A DNA stretch of 64,000 nucleotides from Marsupella aquatica (taxonomy: Eukaryota > Plantae > Marchantiophyta), in NCBI GenBank assembly GCA_973895155.1, contig OZ316893.1:4260490-4324489 (forward strand). The letters run 5' to 3'. Positions 45,543 through 59,673 of the stretch are shown one piece after another. How positions within the stretch are numbered: the first letter of the stretch is position 1; the number at the start of each line of letters is the position of its first letter. A model generated the notes under the pieces. That model saw only the letters and a program-made list of their open reading frames with translations, was not told the origin of the DNA and did not search any database. Both the position numbers and the translations under genes were made by a program.

Positions 45543-48500
45543 AAATGATACTAGTTTTCCCCAATGTGGTATTGCAAACAGCTTGTTTGTCACAATTCGC
45601 ATTAACCTTCGGGGGCTTTCGTAAAGAGTCACCCTCCTCAGAGACAGTCACACCAACTGATTGAGGCCCTGCCAGCCAGATGCAGGGATGACACAACGTC
45701 AAGAGGCGGCCTCCTTTTAGCATAGACAGTATTGTACTGAATCATCAGCCTCGCTCCAGAGCAACGCGGCTGGCAAGTAAGGGGAGCTCTCCACAGAGGT
45801 TCGTGAAATTCTTCCCAGGCTTGTAATATACATAGCTGGGTTTGTAGACTTTGTCAGTTAGTTGTCCACTTATTGTTGAGCAGACCTGTCAGTAGACAAG
45901 CATGGCTCGGCTTGTAAACTTAATCAGTAATAAGATTTTAGCTACTGAGACTCCAGAAAATGTACCCAAGAATTAAATTTGGGCGTTCATGATCGGACGT
46001 GCACATTACAAATTAAGTATGTAAGTTTGAGCAGCTTTAGAACTTTAGCTTGCTACGAACTTTAATGTGGTCGACCGGTGGATCATATATCGTTCTGGTG
46101 AAACTTGTTCAATCACTGGAAAGATTTTGGGAATGTGTGAAATCAGTGCTGTCGAACAAGATTTAAATTTGTTAGAAATAGTTCCGAATGCTTCTGTTTC
46201 GACTGATGTATTCCAATGAATACACTTATGTATGGTAATGTTCGCGTTGGTGGCAGTTTCAATCTCTCTATGTAATGTGTGTGCATCTTGGGCCGTTACG
46301 TGTGCACGTACAACATCGAGATCGAGCTTTGTCTTCGGAAACTAAAGCCTGCTTGTTTATCCTCAGTTTACGTACACAGCAGGTTTGGTTCAGAATATGG
46401 CCCTCGAGTTGTTGTCGTTCAGTCAATTAGAGAACTTACTAACTTTTACACTTTTCTGCAGTCGGAAGATTGCTTCTACTGTTCAAATTCATTTTCTATA
46501 CTTGTGTATCAGTTTGATGTAGATGAGCTAGTACGTATTTAACAGCTAGAACTCAATGCTGGTAGCTACAATGTTCGCTAAGATCCGCGATTCAGAATTG
46601 CAATAGATTCGTATTGTGGACAACGTACGTGTCTATATCTCGCATATTGATTTCTAGTGAATGGTCTTTTCTACAACGACATTTCAATCGAACACATGTT
46701 AGATAAGTGCACTTGTGGACTTAGCTTAGGACGCACGTTAAGTTACGTCCACGAGTGCAAGGCACCCTGCGGATGCATGAATTATATCGGTTCAATAATT
46801 CTTAAACTTGACAAGCTGTGAACTTGCAGAGGCGCGTGCGAGTGCTGCTGAAGAAGGGCCAAGCCACCAGCAGGAGTCACCAGCCGGGTCGTCAACCTGC
46901 CGCTGCATGACAAATGTGGGTTTAGGAATTCATCAACTTGACAAGCTGTGAATTGAAGTAAGCAGAATGCCAAATGCTAATCTGGGTATTCTCGCATCTC
47001 ATCTGGCGCACTTAGTTGGATGAAGCCAATTATGTACCACTCCATTAAATATTACTCTGAAGCAGCAGATGGCATAATCCGAGGGCATAATGTGCCTAAC
47101 AGTGGCCCCGAATCGCATCAGGCTTCCTCTGGGTTTCGTTAAGCCTTCGTAGGAAACAGCTAAGCTCAATGAATGGCTTGTTTGAATTGTACACCAGTTG
47201 CTTGAATTAATTGAACTCTCGGTCACTCTGAATCACAGATATACATTCGACCCACTGTCTGGCAGATTACGATACATTCGACCCAGTCTAGACGTTTAAA
47301 GAATGTACCGTAATCTAGTCTCTACATCTGACTGCAATAATCAAGAAGCCGTTGCTGAAGTGAGTAAAGTGGTGATGTTACTAACGGGATGGCTTGAGTC
47401 ACCTCCGATTGCAATAAATGATCACAACCATGTATGCTCAAGAGTAAAATGTTCATGCTAACAAAGAGGATGGACGGAAGATATCCAGAGGAAAGGATCG
47501 CTCCTGCCAAATGGACGCTCGGTCTTGAAACCCATTTACTCTTCATCCTCTCTTCATATACAGCAGAGGACAGATCGACATGCAGGACTAGATACAAAAC
47601 TCCCTCTCGTTTTTCTCTTCTCTCTTTATTTTCCTCTACGGTAATCAATGGCACATAAAATACATCAATCGGGGGTTAAAAGAAAACTTGAATATGGATA
47701 GTGGAGAGAACGTAGCCTTGCACTGCACCTAATTGGGGCACATACGACAGTGTATCTATCTATCCCAAGATTCTTTTCCCTCGAGGTCACCGCCAGGAGA
47801 TTATACTCAAAAGCATTGAGAGGGACAGGCTCTTGAAGCTACATGTCCTTCCGACAGGGCACGATGAGCAGAGTAGGGCCAGTTTGTCTCCCACCTACGC
47901 TTTACCGTGCATGGGTCCTTCCTGTCGGAGATCAAGCAGGGTATAACAGTGTTCACCGGAATGTAAATTTTATATTTTACTTTCGTCAACCATAGACGAA
48001 AGAATTGAATGGAATCCCTCGGGGGACCTTGAAAGACTGCAAGGAATAACCGCAGAATCATCACGGACAAGGAGTAAATGGAACTGTATTGAATTTTAAA
48101 GTTTTGAACAAAAATAGCAAGTATGCGCAAAATAATGGAGAGAGAATGTTATCCCGTCCAACATTCCTGAGGCGGATATCGCCCCTTTTGTCTATTGTCT
48201 TGACGTTGGAATGTATGCTGAACCACGCATACATGCAAATCATACTGGAAACCACCTATGGAAACACTAAAATATACAATCTCACACTTTCCTTTCACTC
48301 TTTCCTCCTCATAATCTGATGACCAAATGTTATTCAGGCGGGATGCCCCCGAGAGTTGCATTAAGGTGACCAATTTTCCAGATCAGAGATGGACCTAAAG
48401 TGCCCAACTGGTCACTCTCCCTGCAGCTCACATACACTTTGAAATCCAATTGGTCAGGGCGACTCCCCCGCAATGTCTAACTGCCTGGCCATCTCACTTA

Positions 48501-50239
48501 TGCTTGACAATACTTACACTCAACATCACTTACTATTGACAATATAACACGAGCATTAATTATTACATCACTTACTATTGACAATATATCACGAGCATTA
48601 ATTATTCAATTTGCCTTGGCAGACAAGAATGCATAATTAAGGGGTAGTGAGTGACAAACGGCACGGCAGCCAAACTATCTCGATGCAGATCACATGAGAC
48701 CAATGTCATCAACGAGAGGGCTCTGTCATCAACAACCTCGCTTGTCGTCGAGAGGACGACAAAAGAAGTTGCAAAAAACGCGAACAACACCTACGATGGC
48801 ATCATTTTCATTCCCCAATGTGCACTTACTTCAATTGATGTGTTGCATTCGTCAGAGCGCTGTTGGGCTTCACGCTTAACAAATATGTCATTGCACTGTT
48901 GGGGCACTGTTTGTCTGTGCATTGATCTCATTGCAGATTGTTGCTTTCTTGTTTTGAGGCATGTCCCTGTTCACATAACCCACGTCCCAGACAGAAATAG
49001 CTTCCTTCTCATTGCACTGGCCGGATGACTCACATACCAGGTGGTCCCTTTCTCGTCATAAACATTGTCTCTGGTCGTTAACGACAGCCTCGTGACCATT
49101 TCTGTCACATATACCTTAGATGACCAACTACAGTAGGCTGTCTCCATGCATGGCTATGTCCCTGTGTGCTGAGTTGTAGCAGAAATGTTCACAGAATCAT
49201 ATCCTGAGTGTACTGTACCTTGCAATCGATGGAGAACTGGTACTGGGATCTGAAAGAACAGACTGTCTGGTGCTTTCCATCCACAGTGTAGTGAACATCC
49301 CAATGTGAGTTTGGAGTATAGTGTTTTTATAGGGTGTCTCAAACCGACAGTAACGAGTTACAAATTGGCCTTAAGGACTGAGGTTATGGGGACGACCATA
49401 AAAGTTGCAGGAGGCCAAAATAGGCTTCTATAAGAAAATGCCATGGCTGCTAACCAAAATACATAACTTTAACTCTGAGACTTTGAATTTGCGTCATCAT
49501 AACATAGATTCATCACACCTGCCATTGCATCATCCAGGGACAGAAAAGACATGTCAATCACTGTGATTTACTAGAATGCTATTGTGACCGCTTGTCAAGG
49601 TAATAGGCTTGGGCTTGTTCGTCAGGAGCGGGCCAAAAGCACTTACTCTGAGGGGGAGTACCCATAACTCATCACTTATGCCATATGTCAATGCATATCT
49701 CCCTTGCAAACAATGACCCCTACCCGTACAGTTTGGTCATACTAAAGGTGCTTTATGGGCACAATTGTTGCCCATAACTTTTCCTTACTGCCCTGCTTTG
49801 AGAGGCGCGCCCTAATGCTCCCAAACTCATGCTGGGGAGATGCCATCTGCATCCTTGCATTGCGACTGTAAACCGCTATTGTACACTTTCAAAACCTGGT
49901 GGATCCGGGGCACCATAACTAGTCAGTGTTGTTCTTAGCAAAGGTAAACAGTTCACAAAAAGTGACGACTTTGTCCTTCACAACTTTGGGGACGATGGTG
50001 GCTGATTGAAAGTGGTAGTTTTACGGATACTACGTCATGGTAAATCAACATCATCTGCAACAAAGTGCATTATGAACTAACATAAAAATTACTAGTTGTG
50101 GGGGCCATAGCTTTAGTTCCTGTCAATATTGAGCAAGGTGACAGAGACAGAAAGATTGCAGTGTCATTGGGCCAAAAGACAATGGGTGTTTGTGGATGTA
50201 GTTGAATGTCATTATGTTCTAGAAGGGGGCTTAACAGAG

Positions 50240-52850
50240 TAAGTTGATGTTATTACATAAAATTTGGTTGGAGTTCAAATGGCACTTTTATTTATTTAAA
50301 CTAACAACCAGGTTTGTGATCAAAAAGCACTTTGGTTACAAAAAACTGAAAACACCTGAATCAAGTGGTCAGCTTAGATGGCCAAGGGTGACTTATCCCA
50401 GGTCAGACAGTTCTAGCCAATATGGATTTTTGCTCTTGCATGTAACATGGGCTATGCTCCAAACTGTCTATGGTGGATTAATGTGTAGAAATGTTAGGAC
50501 ATGTTGTAGCAATGGACACATGTCAGGACATGTTATAGGAATCAAAACATGTCCTGTAAACTACCTCTCCTATATATATAAGTTCTTTAGTCTCCTCTCA
50601 GCTCCTTATGTTTTCAGCCTTCCTTATGTTTTCAGCCTTCAAACATTCCAAAACTTAGAAAACAAATCCCAGTAGAGCTCCAAGCACTCTACAGCCCTTT
50701 CACAAGGGCAATGCCCTGGAAAAACACCTTGGGCATGCCTAGTGCGCAACAAAGTGCCAAATCAGGAGACACAATCCCCAAAATAGGAGACCCAATAAAA
50801 GGGGAGAAAACAATGGAAAAAAACACAACAAGACCAAAGAGCAAAAAGAACGCAAAAGTCCCAAATGAGGACAAAAAATCAAAACCCTGAGCAATAATGC
50901 TGATGAAAGAAACTACAGAGGAGGGTCACAAAGACGTGCATAGGAGTGGTCACAAGGACCAATTCGTATGGAACCCCTAGAACCAATAGCCGTTGCCCTT
51001 GGCAGAATTATAAAACTCTAGTGATGCACAATTTTCCCTCCAGAGGATGGTTACCCTAGGAACCGCAGCTACTGCATTCCCTCCACAACATAGGCACTTG
51101 TCACCACACAACCCGTTTGATTACGAGATTGGCATGCGGGCCAACCTCAACCAAGTAAAGCAAATTGGGTTCGAAGAAAAATTTGACAAAATAATGGTGG
51201 GCACAGCAACGAGCTTCCCAATAATGATAATACGGGCTGCAATTCACCTTTGTCGTGGGGGCATCCCTCATCACTAGGCAGATTTGAGCTTCAGTTCTGA
51301 GCAGATTTACAACCTTCACTGGAGTCGGGCTGCGATTGGAATCAGACGGACAGATGGCCTCGGCTGTCGCCCAAGCTTCCCTGCTGAGCACGAGGATGTC
51401 GCTCTCCACTTGTTGCTCTGTGGTGAGTTCTGACAAATCACAACGACAGATGAAATGGTCATGTTATGAAATCCCTACCGCTAGACGCATCGAGGAAATG
51501 TGTCCAATCTCTCTCCCTCACGCTTGCTCCATTTGTTTGATGTATTTGTTTTCCTGTTTGCTTTCTTTGGTTGGTGCTGTCCTGAATTTCCGAAAGATCA
51601 GTGTGATGAGCGATTTGTCATCCCAATCCACTCATTGATGGCAAAATTGGAGTCTCCTTTCCTGGTTGATCCGGAAAATCAGTCATTGGAGTGGATGGCT
51701 ATAGAACAGGAATGGATCCTTGCAATTGCGTCAATCAGACTCGATTTATCCACGTATGGAGCACACGGGCTCCTCTCGTTCTTTCTCCGTCTTTCACTAG
51801 GTTTGGCACTTCTCCAAAATGCGTTTGGGAAATGGTTTGGCTTGAATTCTTCACTTTCATCTTCACGTTTTGACTGTGACGGACGGCTTTGTCCTCGGCT
51901 TCGTCGTGCTTGAGTATCCTCTCGCTTTTCGATGGACCAGCCGGACTTTTTTGCCTACCAACCCTGGAAGAATTTCAAGGTGATGAATGACCTAATTTTT
52001 CTCCTTTGTGTCGCACACTGTTTTAATGTCTGTTGTACCCCCAATTACCATGCCTCAAATGTAACTCCTGTTCTGAAGGACTATGTAGCGCAATTGTTTT
52101 GTGGAAGCCCTGCTTTTTCTGAAAATAGGATCCTGGAAACTCGCGGTCCTGACTGTTGATTGTGACAGGCCTCTTGTGTTGGATCTCTCTCTTGATTAAT
52201 TGATGAAAGAGAATATGCATGATGAAACTAATGTTTACAGCAGCGCAATTGTGCCCGGCGGAGTAATAAAGAACAAGTCATAATGCTTTCACAATTCGAT
52301 AGTCACGGATCAGACAACTTTGCTTGTAATATGAGGTCCAATGAATGGTCTTCAGGAACACGTGATAGGTAGTTCACAGAAGAAACCTGTTGGGCTGTTC
52401 AAGATGATCCCTGTATCTTTCGCTATTGATCGGTTATGTTCATCTCCAATTTCATGGTCCATTTGCGGTTTCTCAGACTGGTGGTAGTTTTTCCCTTTGA
52501 GGTAATCTATCAGGGTTAGCATTGTCCGTCCTTTAATGTTTCATTTCTTGCGCAAGTTTTCATACCAGTTTCTTCCTCCTTTTTGATAACTCAAAAATAA
52601 GCCATTCATTTTCTTTCAAGGATTGTGGCTGCAAAAATGATATCTACCAATGCACGGTGGACAGAATAGACAGCCCAAGTATATGTTCAAACGTTTTTAC
52701 TCGTATTTAAGTTTGGAACATTTCTTTTAGCAGCATCAATTTATTCCAATCTTCTGATTCCGGATGCAATGTCTCCCTTCTAGAATAAGTTTTCAATGTG
52801 GTATATACCCATGGGCCTGGTGAGACTTGCAATCAGTTGATGGTGCGGAT
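50240..52850 (-). mobile_element. Possible highly decayed LTR-retrotransposon remnant
   Basis: Minus-strand RPFIGPHITSKVV*SVTIEL resembles an integrase GPF region; LTR-like TATATATA tract at ~50571; no intact ORF. Confidence 0.3.
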
Positions 52851-53147
52851 TAGTTCGGTATGCTGTTGATTCGAGGATTATACGTAGGTTAACATGCTCA
52901 TAATGGGCACTTTGTTTGTATACCACCCTTCTGAAGCTACTGCACTTGCAAAGCTATGTATGCTCTCTAAGCCTCTCTGAAGGAGAGAGAAACTGTACTA
53001 ATTGGAGCCGGTTGACTGTAAAATCCTTTCATTCATTCTTTGTCTAGTGGTAAATGTAAGTCAATTCTGTTCAAAATCCCGACTCTAGCTTTTGTATTTT
53101 AATTTCACGAAAGGAGTAGAGGTAGTACCATGCGTCTCCAGATTTAG

Positions 53148-55927
53148 GGCTGTAATCGAGAAAATTGGCCGTTTGCTGGGTTTTTGAATCAGCAGGCGAA
53201 TAAAGCATTTGGAGTTTCAGGGGTCAACAGAGCAACAGGTCTTCGTCGATTTCTTCAGCGCATCGACGTTGAGGACCGTCAGGCAGCATCTGTACGAAGT
53301 TTCAGACGGGCCTCACTCTTCCACAGGCGGGCTTGCAGTACCAATGTTGTAACCTCAAGACTTCAGATTGACCTGGTATGCCAGTGGGAACCACTAGCTT
53401 GCTGACTTTATGTGTTGGAGAAGGGCTGCACCCTAAGTCATCAATGAAAGAACCTAGCTGCCAGAGCTGCTTTTTTTACCCTGATATTGTCCGTAGTTCA
53501 ATTTAATTCCAGGATAGTCAGCACTTGACCAGTAATCCATCACCTGGTTTAGCTGATGAACAAGAAACATCATGGTCATTTGATTACGCATCGCTACATG
53601 GCAGTATAGGTCAGATATGTAGAAGAAACCATCTCCGTTGTCCCTCTTGTTGAAATAGTATACAGGGGGATGCCTTCTCATTGTTATTCGCCCACTTCAT
53701 TCTGACCAATTTCTCATTTCAAATGTAGTGTTTCAGCACGAGGTATGTGGGGTGTGCATCAGGTGCCATGTCTGGTGGACAACTACGCATATCTTCTGCA
53801 TGACACGAGCGCAGGCGTGACGGCTGTGGTGGACCCGTCAGCTGCTGGCCCTGTAATCAACGCTTTGAGGGATAAAGGACTGTCCCTGGACTTCATTCTC
53901 AACACTCATCATCACTGGGATCACACAGGCGGAAACCTTGATCTCAAGCGTGAATATGATGCCCAGGTCAGTCTCTTGTTTTGTCTCGTCGCCAGGGCAT
54001 CATATGCCACACTCAATCAATCTATATGTCACCCATAGATCTCGGGGTCCCCGCAGGAATTGATTGGAAAGATCTTGATCGACAATGAACTAACCTTTTC
54101 CGTCCAACTACATGCTTTTTCGGCAAATTTCCCGATGTGTTGAAAACTACAGTTCATAATCTTTTTATTTAACGACCAAATCTTTATCAATTCTCAAATA
54201 TGACGTAATGGGTCTCACTTCTGTTTCAGGTTGTTGGCCCCCGAGCTGACGAAGATCGAATTCCAGGAATTGACATATCTTTGCGAGATGGTGACTCCTG
54301 GACCCTCGGAAACCATCTGATGCATGTGCTGGACACTCCCGGTCATACTCGAGGCATGTACTCTTGGTGGCTGAGTTGCGCATTGGAACTGTCTTGTCTC
54401 TGTTTTTCTTTCTTGGTTTAAACCTGTAGTATCTTTGTAGCTTTGTCTGGAGGTGTAACTGTTGTAAGGTCGCGTGGGTCCTAAATGTGTTGAAGCTTTA
54501 TGCAGCCTTTGTTGCCTTTTGTTGTTGCAACTGTCCGCTGGCTTTAATATGAACTTGTAGAAGGGTCGAGTTAGAGGGGGAATAGTAATCTTGTCATTAA
54601 ATGTTTGTAGTAGCCGAGTGGAAATCTGTTTTAGGTATTCATTTCTCTCTTGGATTTCAGTTGGAATCACACTTTACTTGCCAACCGTTTGGGGTAGCAG
54701 CCTCATTGTTTGAGTTGGATTTAGAGCCTTGACTATGGTAAATGAATTAAGAGATTAATCTGTCCATGGTTCCCTTTGTTAAGTAAGCTTGATCATTTGC
54801 TGAAACTTTCAAAGACACTTGGGAATCGACAATATATGTGCAGGACATGTAAGCTTTTACTTCCCAGACTCATCTGCAGTCTTCACGGGCGATACTTTGT
54901 TCTCAATGGGTTGTGGACGGCTCTTTGAAGGTTCGGCAGAGCAGGTGACCTATTACATGACTCGTAACTCTCATCTTAAGCCTTATTTATTGTCCGTCTG
55001 CCACAAATCAAGCGTCAGTCCTCTCTCTTACCCTTGAGGCCCAAGTCTTTCACATGAAGGACATGATGGCAAGAGGTGAAACTTGAAATCATGGACTTCG
55101 ACGCAATATTATCTTGGAAAACCAACTTGAAAGCGTTTTCTTGGCTCTGGAGCGGATAAATTAATTTAGTGCCTGGATCTTTTTTCTGCAGATGTGGAGT
55201 TCACTTACTAAGCTTTTACAGCTTCCAGATGATACACTCATCTATTGTGGCCACGAATACACCTTGGTAATGTTTCTAATCCAGGCTAATATCAGACAGA
55301 TTGTCATCTTGCGTCTTTGATTCTGGCTCATGCGTAGCTTCATCTTGAGCTTATGATGGGGCTTTTTTGCGTTGCCTTCGTCCCTGCAGTACAAGAAATT
55401 AACTTTTGCGCTTGAATATTGAGGTTAAACTTTTGCGCTTGAATATTTTGTTAATGAAACTTTGGGAAGAACCGTTTGGAATATGTATGCAGTCAAATGC
55501 AAAATTTGCAAGGTCTATGGAACCGCAAAATGAAGCCCTACTATCTCACTCTGAAAAAGTTGCAGAGCTTCGCCGGAAAGGCATTCCAACGGTTTGTACT
55601 AAACGCCCCTCTTGAGATATGGTTGTTTAAGAGAAGTTGGCCTACACAGGCAGATGAAAATAGTCTAACCGGCTGGTTATAAAATGTCAAAGGATTTCTG
55701 ATTTACAACAGTAAATGTCGTCTCTTGTCGAGAGGAATTTTTCACTTCGCTGATATATTCGGTTGGGGAGAATTTCGCAGATTCCGACTTTGCTAGCAGA
55801 TGAGAAGAAGTTCAACCCATTTTTGCGGCCGTTTAGTCAAGAGTTGAGGAAGTCCCTGAATCTCAACGGCTCTGCTACTGATGTAGAAACCTTTGCAGCC
55901 GTTCGTGTGGCAAAAGACAGGTTTTGA
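53148..55927 (+). CDS. GLX2: Hydroxyacylglutathione hydrolase (glyoxalase II), organellar type; first exon not located
   Basis: Exons 53148-53375, 53763-53966, 54230-54353, 54844-54944, 55192-55266, 55493-55591, 55781-55927; [42 protein letters not shown]. Confidence 0.93.
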
Positions 55928-58041
55928 ATTATTTGTATATTTGTATATTAACGCTTATTTGCAGCATATGAAATATGTGATACTAAAGACATGGACAAGT
56001 TGGTAAAGCTTGCCACGTTTCAACATTACTTTACATTTCTGAGAGAGTGAAGCAAGCTGCTTCAATCCAGCTGTTTTCCCCTGCAGATTCCTGTCATATG
56101 CTCACTCTCTTGGACGTTGTGGATGCGTGCACGAATTGAAAATACTCCAAATCTATTCACAACTTGAAGAACTGATGCATTTTCTGAGAAAAGGACGGCA
56201 AACTGTTCTCTTGCGATAAATCAGCGAAATTCTAAGAAGGAATATTCGTCTTCACGAAGTTCTTATGAGTATTGGAATCTCAAGCTCTGCAAGTGTTCAA
56301 TTTTCAAGCTATGCCTGCATCTACCTCGTGTAGCTATTGACGTTGTGTGTAGCCTCTCAATGTTCTAATCCTTTTCCCGACCTACAACCCAGATGAATCG
56401 GCTGATCCCAGGTTAATAATCTAGCTGGCAAGTGTGGCTTTTATATTATTAGAGAGGCATATCTAGCTGGCAAGTGTGGCTTTTATATTATTAGAGAGGC
56501 ATGGCTGTGTACTAGCTCACTAGAGTAGTGACTTCTTGGGTTCAAAGTCTTGGGTTCAAATGTTCATATTATTTGAGTAGGTATGTGTGCCTTGTCTCCT
56601 GGCTGGCAAGAGAGGCTTTCAACCTCCCATTATGTATCTCCACAATCTAATTGAATTGATGACATTGTGTGACGCCCCAATGAGACCACTTTTGTGTACA
56701 GTGAAAAGTCATTAACACTTGCTGTAAAGGAGGAACGGGATGAATGCTCAAGACCAGCCAGAATGTTCCGGTCCATTCTTGGAATGTGAATAAAATGATG
56801 ACAAAAATTGGCATGCTTGTCATTTTGACACCCATAACATCTCATCATTTTATTCCATGGACACAAATTTGGCATGGACATAAATCATTTTTTCAATGGA
56901 CAGAAATTTGATGAAGCCGTAGGGGTGATGGTCTCGAGGCTTCATTCTAGAAACCTAGATCCTGACCCTAGCTTATTTTCACAAGATTATCAGATTCAGC
57001 ATCCCATGATCAATTAAGCAAAGAGGCATCGTACATAAGATGAAGGGGGAACCACTCAATCTACATATGCTAACATTAGGGCCTTGCTCTATTTTTCACT
57101 GCTTTGCGGTGCTTTCCATCGTTACTTTCAAACGCGTTAGTCAACAAGACCTCATTCCTATTCTAATTGCAGCTCAGATCTTACGTAAAGTCCTTCCGAC
57201 AGGAACCTTCAGACAACAGCAACACTAGAAATTGTCCCCACAATTCACCTTGTGCTTATATATAGTAACGAGGATCCTTACATTCTGCTGCAGTCACTGC
57301 ATACAATGCAGAGCCGTGAGGTCATAAGCCAAACCCGATGCAGCGCACAACATGGACAGACAGGTGGATTGAAGGCGTTGATCCATAAAGCAGGGAATCG
57401 GATGATGGCCGACTGTTTTCCAGTACACATCTTACAACCCCGAACAGTGCTATACTTATGCTCTACAGGGAGAACATCTGTGACTCTCTTTGAAGACAAT
57501 TTATACAAACTCAATTTTCACGACAAATGCTCCGGCAGATAAAGTTCCTGAAAGCTCACTCAGAAACGTATACCAAGCCTATTTCACTTTCAATTCCAGA
57601 AGAAACGGTTTCGATCGAAGCAAACGCAGTTGTTCATGATCAATGTCCGACATTATATAGTACGAATAGCTCACATCAGTGAAAACCTTCTCCACTTTCT
57701 GTTGACCCCTATTGCTCTTCTTCTATCCCTACTACTATCCTTTCCTCTACTTCTACGTGGCCACATGGCAACAGTGCGCTCACAGGCAGGTGCATTAAGT
57801 AAGTACAATCCCACATGATAAGAGTCAGTAAACCCATCGAATCCTTACTCTAGGAACATAATTCTTCTACATAAATTACGTGGACGCACTATTGAGAATG
57901 GCAACATTGAGAATATCTAAGCAAAATTTGATAGTGATGGGCCCTTCTAGGTGCCAGGCAGGGGGCGATACTGCTACAAGATTCAGCCAAAAATTAATAG
58001 AGGAGGATCTTTGGCTACCGCTAACCTAAATCTAAATGACA

Positions 58042-59673
58042 TTAAAAGATATTCAGACCAAAAAGTTCACTTGCAAGCAACGCGAGACCCAGGGCTATGG
58101 CAATGATCGAAGACCCAAGGCTCAGGTTTTTCGTGATCCCAGGTAGCCTTTTCTGAAGAGCGTGGCTACATGAGGAAATGAAAAGAGTGTAGCTTCCCAT
58201 GGCAAGAACTGTTCCTAGTAGAAACATTATTAGAAATGCAGCTCCAGTGGCTCGAGAGGGCAGGGCAAGAGCTGGCAAAATCATTAGAAGCGCATCCGGT
58301 TGTAATCCATAAACCACTCCTGTTGCAAAAGTGGTAGCATTTTTCGAGTCATTTTTAATCCTTACTTGCGGCTCACCGCCACCTTCTTGCAGACCAGCGT
58401 TTTCTGCGAGGACTGCTACAGGTTCTTGGGCTTCGTATATTCCCACGCCGCCGATGGTGATGAGAGTCAAACCCACCACCCTGGATGCCCATGTCCGGAT
58501 CAATTCAATGTGTAATTTGTCTTTTAATACAAGAAAAATGAGGCCAAATATAATCTGGCCCGCATCATGGCCACACCCCCACAAAGCTCCTACTGCTGCG
58601 CTTTGGATTCGAGAACGCCCTATGCAGAGCGGTGCCAGGGCTGCCAGATGGTCTGGACCAGTTAGAGTGTGCAGACAACCGGCAGCAAGACCTGCCCAGG
58701 CACTTGCCAAGAGCCCCTTTCCTTGTGGGCTGAATGCTTCACTTGCCACATTCGCTAGTGCATGGCCTGGCCGTAAACTCAGCATCACTCCTAATCCCAA
58801 TATGAACGCGGGTAGTGCTCGTAATGCCTGTTTCATTTCAACATCAACTACCTTTAGCACGTGTTTCAACAATCCAACACACTGATAAGTTCCTCATAAC
58901 TGTTTCGTACGATACACTCTAAAGCCCTTTCGGACCAGGAGAAAGATACTTTGAGACTTGTTTCCTTCGAGAACCCAAACTCGATGTTTGCATTCACTTC
59001 ACAATTCTGAAGAAAATTATCCAAATTTCTTCAATACCAAAAAGAAAAGGCCTCCCAAAGATGTAGGTTACACAAACTGAACTCAATCAAGAGAGATCAG
59101 AATCCAAAATGACGACTAATTGACGACTAAGTCGTGCATCAACCTCCTGAAGCATGGAAAAAATAAATATCAGGAACCCTAAACCCTAAACCCAGACAAA
59201 CTCCGAGCTCCTAAACCCTCTTGCCCAGGATAACTGCTAGCCAGAGATAGAGGGAAGCGAAATAGAAAAGGACCCACCGAAATTCTCTGGAGGAAGTGGC
59301 TAACGGTCCTGCCACCAGACTGCTGAGGCTCATGTTCGGCTTCACCGTATGTTTCAGCTGCTGCATTGCAAGCCAAGCCCCGATTTCCTAACCGGTGTCC
59401 TCGCCCCTTGCTGTAATTTGATCTCGGTCCCAACGAAACACATTCCCCTGTTTCGCTCCACCGACAGGATGCCAAGAATGTTCCGCTTACCCGCGTGGGG
59501 GATGGTTGCTTGTAACGGATCCCTACTCTGCTTTTCAGGCAGCCTAACCCCCGAATGAAATGCCCGGACGACAAAGCCTCTAACCTTGCTGCACTCCCGA
59601 GTCTTCGATTCGCCAGGGATTGATCAACTGTCGTCGGACTCACGAATCCCACCATAGCCACCTCGCAGGCCAT
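58042..59673 (-). CDS. Chloroplast NiCoT/urease-accessory-like membrane protein (CGF1/2-like)
   Basis: Exons 59673-59278 (transit-peptide-like) and 58881-58042; AGCLHTLTGPDHLAALAPL, GALWGCGHDAGQ, GLQPDAL. Confidence 0.88.

Noticed and set aside
48524-48606. 42-bp direct duplication (similar short duplications at ~56419-56502 and ~60413-60520)
   Set aside because: Ordinary local tandem duplications with no further structure.
58331-58885. 184-aa plus-strand ORF
   Set aside because: Antisense shadow of the CGF-like exon.
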